A stretch of DNA of 64,000 bases from positions 96,213 to 160,212 of the forward strand of contig JAGOVG010000002.1 in assembly GCA_018060845.1 (NCBI GenBank). Reading direction: 5' to 3'. The DNA is from Candidatus Woesebacteria bacterium (GTDB lineage: Bacteria; Patescibacteriota; Microgenomatia; UBA1400; UBA12108). Positions 46,658 to 57,500 of this stretch are shown here, piece after piece. The first letter of the stretch is position 1. Each line of letters opens with the position of its first letter. The notes under the pieces are model-generated. The model ran no database searches, had not been told where the DNA came from, and saw only the letters and a list, made by a program, of their open reading frames with translations. Both the position numbers and the translations under genes were made by a program.

Positions 46658-48067
46658 ATGCATACTTATAAACTCACAAAAATAGTCACCACGATTGGTC
46701 CTGCCTCAGAGACGGCCGAGATGATGGGCAAACTAATCGATGCAGGTGCCAATGTCTTCCGCTTTAACACCAAGCACAGCACACCCGAGTGGCACGATGA
46801 GCACATTAAGATGGCTCAAAAAGTCGCGGATGAAAAAGGAGCTACCCTCGGTATCCTCCTCGATCTGCAGGGTCCAGAGATCAGGCTAGAGACCAAAGAT
46901 AAAGCAGACATCCCAGTCCAAAATGGCCAGGAACTAAGCATCGGTCTAAGCTTTACTGGCGACGAACAGCTAATTATCCCTCACAGTGTCGTCTTTGGAC
47001 TGCTCAAAAAAGGTGATGCGCTCTTGATTGATGACGGCTTTGTCGAGACTGAGGTCATGGCTGTGACCAAACAGACTATCGTCGTCAAAGTAAAAAATGA
47101 CAGCGTAATCAAACATCGCAAAGGTGTTAACCTGCCTGGCATTGACGTCGACTTCCCCAGTCTCATCGACAATGACATCGCTCAGATCGAAAAGAACGCT
47201 CGTAACAAAGTCGACTACGTAGGACTCTCTTTTGTCCGATCCGCCGCCGACATCAAGCTCTTACGAGCCGAGATGGAGAAGAGGGGGATGAAGAGTAAGA
47301 TCGTCGCCAAGATCGAGAGTCAGCCCGCACTAGATCGGATCGACGAGATCATCAAAGCAGCAGACGCAGTCATGGTCGCCCGAGGTGACCTAGGTGTCGA
47401 AGTGCCGATTGAGCAGCTCGCATTCTGGCAAAAGACCATTATCGAAAAATGTCGCGTGGCCAATAGACCAGTGATCACAGCTACTCAGATGCTCGAGTCG
47501 ATGATCAAAAACCCTCGCCCAACTCGCGCCGAGGCGACCGACGTCGCTCACGCTGTCATGGATGGAACCGACGCAATCATGCTCTCTGCCGAGAGTGCAG
47601 GAGGCGCCTATCCAATCCGCAGTGTCGAAACTATGGCGAGGATCGCCAAATGGAACGAAAAACTGCGTCCAGTCGATGCAGCTCGCTACGCTGGTATCGA
47701 TGCAACGACTATCATTGCCGAAGCGGCCATGCAGATCGTCATCTCAGGCCTCAAACCTAAGATAGATGCCATAGTTGTCTTTACCGAGTCAGGCTTTACC
47801 GCGCACGCTATCAGTCGCTACCGCCTGCCAGTCCCTATTATCGCAGTCACCGAGCGCAAAGAAACAGCCGAGGCGATGAGTCTAGGTTACGGCATCACCC
47901 CAGTGGTTGCCGACCTACCCTCAGGTGACTACGTGGGAGCCGACGAAGTGATCAATTCACTCCGCGTCGCCGACTACGTGCACGCTGGCGACACTATCCT
48001 AGTGATCCACGGCCAGCACTGGAAGAAATCAGGCACCACCAATGCTCTAGCCATTATGACCGCCTAA
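46658..48067 (+). CDS. pyk: pyruvate kinase
   Basis: 469 aa. N-terminal TKIVTTIGPAS is present, with the MVARGDLGVE active-site motif. Confidence 0.9.
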   Translation: MHTYKLTKIVTTIGPASETAEMMGKLIDAGANVFRFNTKHSTPEWHDEHIKMAQKVADEKGATLGILLDLQGPEIRLETKDKADIPVQNGQELSIGLSFTGDEQLIIPHSVVFGLLKKGDALLIDDGFVETEVMAVTKQTIVVKVKNDSVIKHRKGVNLPGIDVDFPSLIDNDIAQIEKNARNKVDYVGLSFVRSAADIKLLRAEMEKRGMKSKIVAKIESQPALDRIDEIIKAADAVMVARGDLGVEVPIEQLAFWQKTIIEKCRVANRPVITATQMLESMIKNPRPTRAEATDVAHAVMDGTDAIMLSAESAGGAYPIRSVETMARIAKWNEKLRPVDAARYAGIDATTIIAEAAMQIVISGLKPKIDAIVVFTESGFTAHAISRYRLPVPIIAVTERKETAEAMSLGYGITPVVADLPSGDYVGADEVINSLRVADYVHAGDTILVIHGQHWKKSGTTNALAIMTA

Positions 48068-48090
48068 ATATTGGCATAATATGACACTAA

Positions 48091-48119
48091 AAAAGCTCCC
48101 CCGCCGGGGAGCTTTTTTG
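48091..48119. terminator. bidirectional intrinsic terminator between convergent pyk and LysM gene
   Basis: AAAAAAGCTCCCC-GCC-GGGGAGCTTTTTT. The GC-rich 8-bp stem is flanked by an A-tract and a T-tract. Confidence 0.75.
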
Positions 48120-48144
48120 TAATTAATAACTAATTGATCTCTAT

Positions 48145-48765
48145 TTAACGGTTAAGCTTGAGTACCTGGCCAACCTCGATGTAGTTAGAGTGAGCTATGT
48201 TGTTAGCTTTGGCTATCTCCACCCACTTATAACCGTCGCCGTAGGCGCGAACTGCGATGCTCCAGAGATGATCGCCTCGGGCGACGGTGTATGAGTCTCC
48301 TTCGATCTTGTTTGATTGTTCAGTCATTGTGGTAGTAACGGCTGGTTTAGCGGTTCCTACTTCTATAACTGCTACCTTGGGTAGTACTAGCTCTTGTCCT
48401 ACCTCTAGTGCGCTAGCGTTAGTTAGGTTGTTAGCCTTGGCAATATCTACGTAGTTATAGCCACTACCGTAATATTTGGTGGCTATTGCCCATAAGTGTT
48501 GACCTTTTTCGACAGTTACTTTTTCGGGTAACTCGGCTGGTACCTTGGTGCCATCTTCCATCTTCTCTACTACCACATCACCTACTTTTTCGGTAATTAC
48601 TTCTGTTTGATCTGCTTCAGTGGTGATTTCTGCAGGCTTGTTAGCTGAGTACATCCGGACGATTAGCACACCGATTAGTAGTACAGTAACTACTCCAAAC
48701 ATCATTGAGAGTGTCGACTCATTCAGCTTAATAGTTTTTAAGAGCTGCTTAATTTTCTTGTCCAT
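48145..48765 (-). CDS. membrane-anchored protein with two LysM peptidoglycan-binding domains
   Basis: Two LysM repeats are present (YTVARGDHLWSIA...IEVGQVLKL and EKGQHLWAIATKYYGSGYNYVDIAKANNL). There is an N-terminal TM helix. The start at 48765 is preceded by an AGGAG SD. Confidence 0.7.
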   Translation of the reverse strand: MDKKIKQLLKTIKLNESTLSMMFGVVTVLLIGVLIVRMYSANKPAEITTEADQTEVITEKVGDVVVEKMEDGTKVPAELPEKVTVEKGQHLWAIATKYYGSGYNYVDIAKANNLTNASALEVGQELVLPKVAVIEVGTAKPAVTTTMTEQSNKIEGDSYTVARGDHLWSIAVRAYGDGYKWVEIAKANNIAHSNYIEVGQVLKLNR

Positions 48766-48912
48766 ATAATCTAATCTCCTGGGCAGGAAAATAATATTAC
48801 TAGACCAACATAGCAAATACCTATGGGGCGTGTCAATGATTCGTTACTAAAACTTTTTGGAGTTTATAATCAGATTAATAGTGTAGGTACGCAATTAGGA
48901 TAAAACCTATTG

Positions 48913-48986
48913 CGAGGCTGAGGGGGCTCGAACCCCTGGCCTCGTCCGTGACAGGGACGCGCTCTAACCAACTGAGCTACAGCCCC
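48913..48986 (-). tRNA. tRNA-Asp (anticodon GTC)
   Basis: Reverse complement GGGGCTGTAGCTCAGTTGGTTAGAGCGCGTCCCTGTCACGGACGAGGCCAGGGGTTCGAGCCCCCTCAGCCTCG. The anticodon loop is CTGTCAC. Confidence 0.85.
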
Positions 48987-49023
48987 ACACTACTTGATGA
49001 GTAACAGCTATTTTACAACAAAA

Positions 49024-49464
49024 TCACCAAAAATAATCACTGGCATAAAATATCTTGGTTTTTTGGTGGTTAAGTGGCGGTTCGAGTCTTAAAATAAGTT
49101 CTTTCTTTCCGACAAAAGCACTACATGGGAGCCAACAGAGCCTATCAATTTTAGGAACATATACGATCAAAGCATCAACTTCGTCCTCTGAATATGTGTA
49201 AATATGAGTTCTGCCTCTCGTTTCATAAGCTAGCTTGACACCTACGCCACCCACACTCTGCGAAGGTTTTCTGTTCGCATACTTTACCTGTACTCTCCAG
49301 AGTTTCTTACCATCATCTAGCACTAGATCATACCTATAATCCATGATGGGGATAGAAACTAAATATCCTAACTCAATCGCACGAACTTGTGCCTTGGCTG
49401 TAGCTAGTTGACCTTTCCAATTACTGGTCATCATATACCAAATATATACCGAACAAAATGACAA
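49024..49464 (-). CDS. small PD-(D/E)xK-fold (restriction-endonuclease-like) protein, hypothetical
   Basis: ELGYLVSIP...YDLVLDDGKKLWRVQVKY fits an E...D-x(n)-(Q/E)xK nuclease-core pattern. It lies upstream of tRNA-Asp. The start is uncertain. Confidence 0.4.
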   Translation of the reverse strand: MSFCSVYIWYMMTSNWKGQLATAKAQVRAIELGYLVSIPIMDYRYDLVLDDGKKLWRVQVKYANRKPSQSVGGVGVKLAYETRGRTHIYTYSEDEVDALIVYVPKIDRLCWLPCSAFVGKKELILRLEPPLNHQKTKIFYASDYFW

Positions 49465-49520
49465 TGCAAGTCATGTTATACTGTGCCTGCATAGTAAACA
49501 TTATCGAAAGGATTTGTAGT

Positions 49521-50108
49521 ATGAACACAAATATAATTTTACTCATTGTTGGCGCTGGATTAGTCTTGTATGCGGTCTCCCTCTACAACTTCTTTCAGAC
49601 TGCACTCACTCGGATCAAAGCCAGTATTCAGGAGATTGGCAACCAGCTAAAGAGACAGGCCGATTTAATCCCCAACCTCGAGGCCAGTGTCAAAGGCTAT
49701 CTCAAGCACGAAAAAGACATCCTCACCATGCTCTCTGATGCCAGGAAAAACGTAGCAGCAGCTAGCAAGAGTGGCAACATCGACAAGCAGGCAGCAGCAT
49801 CTAGTATGCTCGGCGACCTACTGCCACGTCTATCTGTAATAGTCGAGAGCAATCCAGAACTAAAGGGCAACACAGTAGTCCAAAACCTGATGGAAGAGCT
49901 CAGAGACACTGCAGACAAACTTATGTATAGCAGGCGCACCTTGATCGACCTCTCAGCCGATTACAACATCAAAGTAGTTACTTTCCCAAGTAACCTAGTG
50001 GCCAAGATGTTTGGCTTTGGCGAGCAAGCTGGTCTAAAGGTTGCTGACATGGACGCAGCCACTAGCGTTACCGCCAGTGAGACCAAATCACCCAAGATCT
50101 CGCTGTAA
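49521..50108 (+). CDS. lemA: LemA-family membrane protein
   Basis: N-terminal TM helix plus the LemA core (QLKRQADLIPNLEASVKGYLKHEKDIL). It pairs with the downstream htpX. Confidence 0.8.
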   Translation: MNTNIILLIVGAGLVLYAVSLYNFFQTALTRIKASIQEIGNQLKRQADLIPNLEASVKGYLKHEKDILTMLSDARKNVAAASKSGNIDKQAAASSMLGDLLPRLSVIVESNPELKGNTVVQNLMEELRDTADKLMYSRRTLIDLSADYNIKVVTFPSNLVAKMFGFGEQAGLKVADMDAATSVTASETKSPKISL

Positions 50109-50111
50109 AAT

Positions 50112-51005
50112 ATGTTAAACATCTACGAACAGATCGATAGCAACAAGAGGAAGAGCTGGGTAATAATCGCTCTCTTTACTCTTTTTATGGTCGCCTTTGG
50201 CTATTTCTTTAGCTACCTCTATGGCTACGACTATAGCTACCTCATCCTCGCACTAGCTATATCTGGTATAGGCAGCTGGATCAGCTACTATAACTCAGAT
50301 AGTATCGCTCTAGGTCTGGCTGGCGCGCACCCAGTGACACATAAGACTCACCCCCACTATGCCAACATTACCGAGAACCTAAGTAGGGTAGCTGGCATCC
50401 CCACACCTCGGATCTATGTCATTGATAGTCCAGCATTAAATGCTTTTGCTACTGGTCGTGACCCAGAGCACGCAGCGATCGCAGTCACTCAGGGGCTATT
50501 AGACGCTATGACTCGCACCGAGATAGAGGGTGTAGTCGCCCACGAGCTATCTCACATCAAAAACTACGACACACGGCTCATGACTATCGTCGCTATCCTG
50601 GTCGGGAGCATCGCGATGATCCTCGACTGGTCCTGGCGGCTTAGTTGGCACAGCAAAGGGGATAATGATAACAGGGGTAGTAACCCAATCGTCTTGATTA
50701 TTGGTATCGCCTTTATCATCCTTGCCCCCATCATTGCAAGCCTGATCCAGATGGCAATCAGTCGTAGGCGTGAATTCTACGCGGACGCTAGCGCAGCTCA
50801 CATTACACGCCAGCCCTCAGGGCTCATCAGTGCTCTCAAGAAGATCGCCTCACATGAGGATATCAAGCTAGAAAGTGCCAATACCGCAACAGCCCATCTG
50901 TATATAGATGACCCAGTCACTACCGAGACACATGGCTCCTGGCTCGCCAAGATCTTCTCTACCCATCCTCCGATCTCTGAGCGTATCAAGGCGCTTGAGG
51001 GTTAA
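50112..51005 (+). CDS. htpX: M48-family zinc metalloprotease HtpX
   Basis: HExxH is present (VVAHELSHIKNYD). There are four TM segments and a C-terminal EFYADA motif. Confidence 0.85.
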   Translation: MLNIYEQIDSNKRKSWVIIALFTLFMVAFGYFFSYLYGYDYSYLILALAISGIGSWISYYNSDSIALGLAGAHPVTHKTHPHYANITENLSRVAGIPTPRIYVIDSPALNAFATGRDPEHAAIAVTQGLLDAMTRTEIEGVVAHELSHIKNYDTRLMTIVAILVGSIAMILDWSWRLSWHSKGDNDNRGSNPIVLIIGIAFIILAPIIASLIQMAISRRREFYADASAAHITRQPSGLISALKKIASHEDIKLESANTATAHLYIDDPVTTETHGSWLAKIFSTHPPISERIKALEG

Positions 51006-51145
51006 TAAGTGTGTAAACTATTTCATATTAAATTTGATTTTAATCAAGAGTGAGTAAGGTAGAACACAATATATAAACAAGTGAAAATAATATTCGAGTC
51101 ATACCAGGTGTCAGCACGAGACAAAATCTGCTAAACTATGCATCA

Positions 51146-51457
51146 ATGACTCAAGCAATAATAGACGACGCAGGTATCAAAAACCTGAGCATACTAGCCA
51201 AACTAACTCCTGATCCATCACTCACGTCTGCTCTGCAGGATGGTGTTAGTTCTACTCTCGAATATGCCAAGATCCTAAGCAGTGTAGATACAGATCAGGT
51301 AAAGGCCACTAATGACATTACAGGTCTGACAAACGTCTTAAGGGACGACATAGTCAACGACTCACGTATGTTTACCCAAGAAGAAGCACTAGCTAATGCC
51401 AGATCCCAGCATGATGGATATTTTGTCGCAGAACAAGCGCTGGAGCAAGACTCATGA
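51146..51457 (+). CDS. gatC: Asp/Glu-tRNA(Asn/Gln) amidotransferase subunit C
   Basis: 103 aa. The VDTDQV...NVLRDD motif of GatC is present. It overlaps gatA by 4 nt. Confidence 0.7.
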   Translation: MTQAIIDDAGIKNLSILAKLTPDPSLTSALQDGVSSTLEYAKILSSVDTDQVKATNDITGLTNVLRDDIVNDSRMFTQEEALANARSQHDGYFVAEQALEQDS

Positions 51458-52851
51458 AGTACTTAACCAACTCTATTGCTATTCTAAGATCCAAGATTAA
51501 AACAGGGGAGCTAGACCCTGTAGACTTAGTCAAAGAATGTTACTCAAACATCGCTGATCACCAGGACTCACTTAATGCACTCATTACTATTCGAGATCAA
51601 GAAGAAGTTCTCAACGAGCTAAAAACATTAGATCCAAATGGTCCACTCTATGGTATCCCTTATGTCATGAAAGATGGTTATGTAACCAAAGGAATCAGGA
51701 CCACTGCCGCTAGCCGGATCCTCGACTCCTTTATCCCACCATATTCAGCAACAGTCTACGACAAACTAAAGAACGCTGGTGCCATTCTAATTGCTAAGAC
51801 TAATATGGACGCTTGGGGCCATGGCGCGAGTACCGAGAATACCGATTACGGAGTAGCCAAAAATCCCTGGGATTTATCTCGAGTAGCTGGTGGCAGCTCG
51901 GGCGGATCAGCTACAGCGCTAATTTCTGGTATGGCACAGTTTGCAATAGGCGAAGATACTGGAGGTAGTATTCGTAATCCCGCAGGCTGGAACAACATTA
52001 CTGGCCTAAAAGTGACTTATGGCAGGGTTAGTCGCTATGGCGCCATCGCCTATGCCAGTTCTTTTGACACAGTTGGACCTATGGGTCAGTCAGTCCAAGA
52101 TGTAGCACACCTGCTCTCAGTTATGGCCGGGGTCGATCCATTCGACGCAACCAGTGCACCAGAACCAGTCCCAGATTATGTCAAAAACTTAACTAACTTT
52201 AATACTAAGTTAAAAATAGGTCTCCCCATAGAGATGTTCGCAAAGGGCCTCAACCCAGAGATTGCCGCGATAATAAAGAATGCAGCCAAGACATTTGAAA
52301 GTCTAGGTTATCAGGTAGTCGACGTCAGTCTGCCGATCGCAGAAATTGGTCTAGCTACCTACTACCTTATCGCTCCATCAGAGACTAGTAGCAACCTGGC
52401 TCGTTACGATGGGATCAGATATGGCGGCGACAGAAGTCTATTCAAACAAGAAAATATGAGGCGTATCATGATTGGAACCTATGCCCTGAGTTCTGGCTAC
52501 TACGACGCCTACTATCGCAAAGCCCAAAAAGTAAGGACGATCATGCGTGATGCCTACACAACAGCCTTTGCCAATTGTGATGTTATGTTAATGCCGGTTT
52601 CACCAACCCCAGCTACCAAAATAGGGGATCTTATTAGCGATCCTCAGGCCAACATGCTCTCTGACCTCTACACAACCACAATCAATCAGGTAGGCATCAC
52701 CTCACTTGCCCTACCTGCTGGCTTTACCGAGGGTGGTTTACCAGTAGGGATGCAGCTAGTTGCGGACAAGTTTAAAGAATCGACAATTTTGACTCTAGGA
52801 TATCACTACCAGACAGTGACGAACCACCATACTCTGAGGCCTAACATATGA
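51454..52851 (+). CDS. gatA: Asp/Glu-tRNA amidotransferase subunit A (amidase)
   Basis: The amidase signature GGSSGGSATALISG is present, and the catalytic Ser-cisSer-Lys context. Confidence 0.9.
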   Translation: MKYLTNSIAILRSKIKTGELDPVDLVKECYSNIADHQDSLNALITIRDQEEVLNELKTLDPNGPLYGIPYVMKDGYVTKGIRTTAASRILDSFIPPYSATVYDKLKNAGAILIAKTNMDAWGHGASTENTDYGVAKNPWDLSRVAGGSSGGSATALISGMAQFAIGEDTGGSIRNPAGWNNITGLKVTYGRVSRYGAIAYASSFDTVGPMGQSVQDVAHLLSVMAGVDPFDATSAPEPVPDYVKNLTNFNTKLKIGLPIEMFAKGLNPEIAAIIKNAAKTFESLGYQVVDVSLPIAEIGLATYYLIAPSETSSNLARYDGIRYGGDRSLFKQENMRRIMIGTYALSSGYYDAYYRKAQKVRTIMRDAYTTAFANCDVMLMPVSPTPATKIGDLISDPQANMLSDLYTTTINQVGITSLALPAGFTEGGLPVGMQLVADKFKESTILTLGYHYQTVTNHHTLRPNI

Positions 52852-54146
52852 CATATCAATTAATCTGCGGCGCTGAAATCCATGTAGAACTAAGTACAAA
52901 GACCAAGATGTTCTGTGGCTGTGTAAATGACCCATTTGGGGCAGCCAAACCCAATATCTACACTTGTCCGGTCTGTTTGGGTATGCCAGGCGCTCTCCCT
53001 GTCCCCAACAAAAAAGCGATTGAGGACTGTGTCCTGATCGGACTCGCCTTAGGCTGCAAAATCGCGAGCGTTAGCAAATTTGATCGCAAACACTACTTCT
53101 ACCCTGACCTCCCCAAGGGTTATCAGATCAGTCAATACGACGAGCCACTCTGCTACGAGGGATTAGTCGAGACTAGCTACGGCCCAGTTCGGATCACTCG
53201 TGTACATATGGAGGAAGATACCGCCAAGATGCACCACGCAGTAGTCGGGGGCAAAAAAGTATCGCTTATCGATTTTAACCGCTCATCTGTCCCACTAGTT
53301 GAAATAGTGACAGAGCCAGATATCAAAAGTCCCGAGCAAGCCAAAGAGTTCCTAAAAAAAGTTAGAGATATTATCCGCGCACTCGGCGTTTCCTCATGTG
53401 ATATGGAAAAAGGAAGCATGCGTCTCGAAGCAAATATTTCTCTCTCGAATGACGGCAAACTTCCTGACTACAAAGTCGAAGTCAAGAATATTAACTCATT
53501 TAGGTTCTTTGCTAACTCATTAGACTTTGAATACAAAAGACAGTCCGAGATCCTTGACAAAGGGGAGACTCCAGAGCAAGAAACGCGAGGATACCGCGAC
53601 GGGCGTGGCACTGTGAGCCAGAGGAAAAAAGAGGGCGCAGCAGACTACCGCTACTTCCCAGATCCCGACATCCCCCCATTAGTAATTGACGATGCTTGGC
53701 TTAATTTGATCAAGTCTCGCTTACCCAAGCTACCAGATGCTGTTGCAGCCGAATTGGTGACTGCTGGCGTGATCGAGAGTGCCGCCAAGATTATTGTTAA
53801 TAATCCTGAATACTTTAGTTTTATTACAAATATTCTGACTCTCGAGCCTAGCCAGGTTAAAATCGCTGCCAACGACCTAGTTAACAAAAAAATAGACTCA
53901 AATACCTCACCCGAGGACTACCTCAAGGCTAAAAAAGAAAAAGCAGGCGAAAAAATAACAGACGAAGCAATACTCAAACCAATTATCGAAAAACTGATTG
54001 CTGAAAATTCATCCCTGGTCGAACAATACAAAGCCGGCAAAACCGGTGCACTCGGCTTCTTTGTTGGCGGCGTCATGAAAGCAACAGCCGGCAAGGCTGA
54101 CGCAGGTGTAGCAAACAAGCGAATAATTAGTATGTTAACTATATAA
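52848..54146 (+). CDS. gatB: Asp/Glu-tRNA amidotransferase subunit B
   Basis: N-terminal GAEIHVELSTKTKMFCGC is present, along with the GatB cradle motifs. It is somewhat short at 432 aa. Confidence 0.9.
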   Translation: MTYQLICGAEIHVELSTKTKMFCGCVNDPFGAAKPNIYTCPVCLGMPGALPVPNKKAIEDCVLIGLALGCKIASVSKFDRKHYFYPDLPKGYQISQYDEPLCYEGLVETSYGPVRITRVHMEEDTAKMHHAVVGGKKVSLIDFNRSSVPLVEIVTEPDIKSPEQAKEFLKKVRDIIRALGVSSCDMEKGSMRLEANISLSNDGKLPDYKVEVKNINSFRFFANSLDFEYKRQSEILDKGETPEQETRGYRDGRGTVSQRKKEGAADYRYFPDPDIPPLVIDDAWLNLIKSRLPKLPDAVAAELVTAGVIESAAKIIVNNPEYFSFITNILTLEPSQVKIAANDLVNKKIDSNTSPEDYLKAKKEKAGEKITDEAILKPIIEKLIAENSSLVEQYKAGKTGALGFFVGGVMKATAGKADAGVANKRIISMLTI

Positions 54147-54148
54147 TT

Positions 54149-54466
54149 ATGAGCACTGAGACATTGCCTATTGTTGGTGGCGCAATCTGTGGCTCGGCTA
54201 TTGGTTATGCGATAGAGCATAACATCATTAATCCTGTTTCAGCTAAAATTGCAAATAAAACAGGACTCGATATCTATGTTGTAGAAAGTGCAATGATAAT
54301 TAGTGTAGAACTTGTACTACTAGCCTCATATCTAGCTTTGTTAGCAGGTGGTCTACTAGAGCTACCATCGGCTGATAAATGGCAAATTGTGAGTTTGTAT
54401 ACGGGCTTAGGAGTTTCATTCGGGCTGAGTGGACTGAGTCGACTTGAAGCAAGTATAAATTCTTAA
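54149..54466 (+). CDS. hypothetical small membrane protein (105 aa)
   Basis: ORF with 2-3 hydrophobic helices immediately after gatB. Confidence 0.35.
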   Translation: MSTETLPIVGGAICGSAIGYAIEHNIINPVSAKIANKTGLDIYVVESAMIISVELVLLASYLALLAGGLLELPSADKWQIVSLYTGLGVSFGLSGLSRLEASINS

Positions 54467-54574
54467 GAGAACAAATCTGCTAAACTATAGTCACTGTTAA
54501 CCCGTCCGAAGTTTTAACGTAGGCGGGCCTCGATTTACGGATGTACTGCTTTACGGCTATACTGATATACGCAT

Positions 54575-57500
54575 ATGTCTCTCGACTTTAACCACCTCCA
54601 CGTTCACACCCAATACAGCCTCCTTGATGGCCTAAGCAAAGACGAGGATCTAGCCGCAGCTGCCAAGAGCTACGGGATGGATGCAGTCGCTCTAACTGAT
54701 CATGGTGTCATGTACGGAGCTATCCATTTTTACAATGTGATGAAAAGTAACGGTCTTAAACCCATTATCGGGATGGAAGCGTACTACACCACAGGTAGTC
54801 GCCATGACAAAACCAAAGAACACAAAACTCACCACCAGCTCCTCCTTGCCAAAAATCTAACTGGCTACCACAACCTCCTCAAACTTGCGAGCCTTGCCCA
54901 TCTCGAGGGGTTTTACTACAAACCGAGAGTTGACTGGGAGATCCTCGAAAAACATCACGAAGGCTTAATTGCGACCAGTAGCTGTGCGCAGGGCGAGATC
55001 CCGTGGTTGCTCGGCAAAGGTGAAATAGCAAAGGCAGAGGAGAGACTCAAAGAATATTTGCGCATCTTTGGCGACGATTACTATATCGAGCTCCAGCGCC
55101 ACGACGGGTTAGAAAACCTCCTCAAGCCGCTAAACGAGCAGCTCCTCATTCTCTCCCGCAAATACGGGATCCCACTAATCGCGACTAATGATGTGCACTA
55201 TGTGAGAAAAGATGATGCGAGAGCCCAGGATGCACTCCTTGCCATCCAGACTCGAACGACCCTGGACGATGCCAATCGCTTTACCATGATCGACTCGCCA
55301 ACCTACTACTTTAAGAGCCAGGATGAGATGAGTGACCTCTTTAGTGACCTCCCCGAGGCACTAACTAATACCAGAAAAATTGTAGACAAAGTAGATCTCA
55401 TTATCCCAACCGGCAAGATGATCTACCCCAAGTATCCCGTGCCCGAGGGCAGTACTCCCGAGCTCTATTTGCGTCAACTTGTCATGGAGAAGGTTGGGGA
55501 TCGCTATCCAGGTGCCGGACCAGATATCCAGGAGCGTATCGACTACGAGCTAGGTGTTATTTGTGACAAAGGCTACGCCAGTTACTTTTTGATTGTGCAG
55601 GACTTTATTAACTGGGCTAAATCCAATGGGATCCGTATCGGTCCAGGCCGCGGTAGCGCCGCCGGTGCTATTGTCAGCTACATTTTGCGTATTACCTCAG
55701 TCGACCCTATCTATCATGGCCTCCAATTTGAGCGTTTCTTAAATCCGCAGCGTCCCAGTCCCCCTGATATCGATGTAGATATTGCAGACGTTGGCAGGGA
55801 CCGCGTGATCGAATATGTGACTCAAAAATACGGGGAAGATAAGGTAGCACAGGTCATTACCTTTGGGACCATGGAAGCCAAGGCGGCAGTTCGTGATATC
55901 GGCCGCGTGCTCGGCATGCCATATAGCGAGCCCGATATGATCAGCAAGCTGATCCCCATGGGTAGCAGCCTAGATGAGGCCTTAACTGGCGTGGCCGAGC
56001 TAACCGAGCTCTACAAAAATCCCAAATACAAAGAGTTAATAGATTTAGCTAAACGTGTAGAGGGAAGTGCCAGGCACAGTAGTGTCCATGCCGCAGCCGT
56101 TATTATCGCCGATGCCCCGCTCACCAACTACACCCCACTCCAAAGGGATACCAAAGAGGGCAAGGTCACGACTCAGTACGACATGTACGCGCTCGACTTA
56201 AACGTTAAGCCAGATGCGGTGGGACTACTCAAGATGGATTTTCTTGGTCTTCGCAACTTAACCATTCTTCAGAATGCAGTCAAACTAATACAGGAGACTC
56301 GTGGCCATCGGGTCGACCTCTCCGGCCTCGCACTCGACGACAAAAAGGTCTTTGAGCTCCTCTCCCGTGGTGAAACAACAGGTATTTTCCAAATGGAGTC
56401 AGGTGGGATGCGCCGGCTCGCCAAACAGCTAAAGCCCGACGTCTTTGGGGATATCGTCGCGTTGATCGCGCTCTACCGCCCTGGCCCCATGGCCCTGATC
56501 CCCGAGTTCGTCAAAGGCAAGCTAGAGCCAGATAGTGTTAAGTATCTGCATCCTGACCTCAAGCCGATCTTAGGCGAAACCTATGGTATCGCCGTCTACC
56601 AGGAGCAGGTCTTAAAGATCGCCAACGTCATGGCAGGCTATTCTCTTGGCGAAGCCGATATCCTCAGGCGTGCGATGGGTAAAAAGAGTGTCGAGACCAT
56701 GAAAAAGGAACACACCAAGTTCCTCAAAGAGTCAGTAATTCACGGTTACTCCGAAGATATCGCCGAGAAGGTCTGGTCCTTTATCGAGCGTTTTGCCGGC
56801 TACGGCTTTAACAAAGCACACGCTACAAGCTATGCCATGATCGCCTATCAGACTGCCTACCTCAAAGCTCACTATCCAGTGGAGTATATGACTGCCCTCA
56901 TGTCTGCCGAAGCTGGGCGGGAAGACAAGATGTCGCTCTGTCTCGAGGAATGTCGCAGTATGGGTATCATCGTACTGCCACCCGATATCAACAAGAGTCA
57001 GAACGACTTTAGCGTGATCGAAGATGCCAAGTCTCTTGATAAAAAAGCGATCCGATTTGGTTTTTCTGCCATCAAAAATGTAGGGACGGCTGCAATCGAT
57101 AACATTCTAATTGAGCGCACAGGCGCCGGAGAGTACCAGAGCTTTACCGACTTTATCAAACGTGTAGATAACCAAAAAGTTAACAAAAAAGTCTTAGAGA
57201 GTCTGATCAAAGTCGGTGCCTTTGACGCCTATGGCAAGCGAGCCGTGATCCTCGACGAGATCGAGCGGGTTAGGTTAAAGGTAGGCAAGACTACGAGCGA
57301 AAAAAATAGTAACCAAGGTGGTCTCTTTGATAGTTTGATCGACGAAGAGGTGAGTATAGTCGACAAATGGGAGAGCACCAAAACCGAGTTTAGTAGTAGG
57401 GAGCTCATGGAGATGGAGCGCGAACTATTGGGGATTTATCTAAGAGAGCACCCGAGCCAAAAAATCCTCAAAAAAGCCAAGAACGAGTGGACTACAAATA

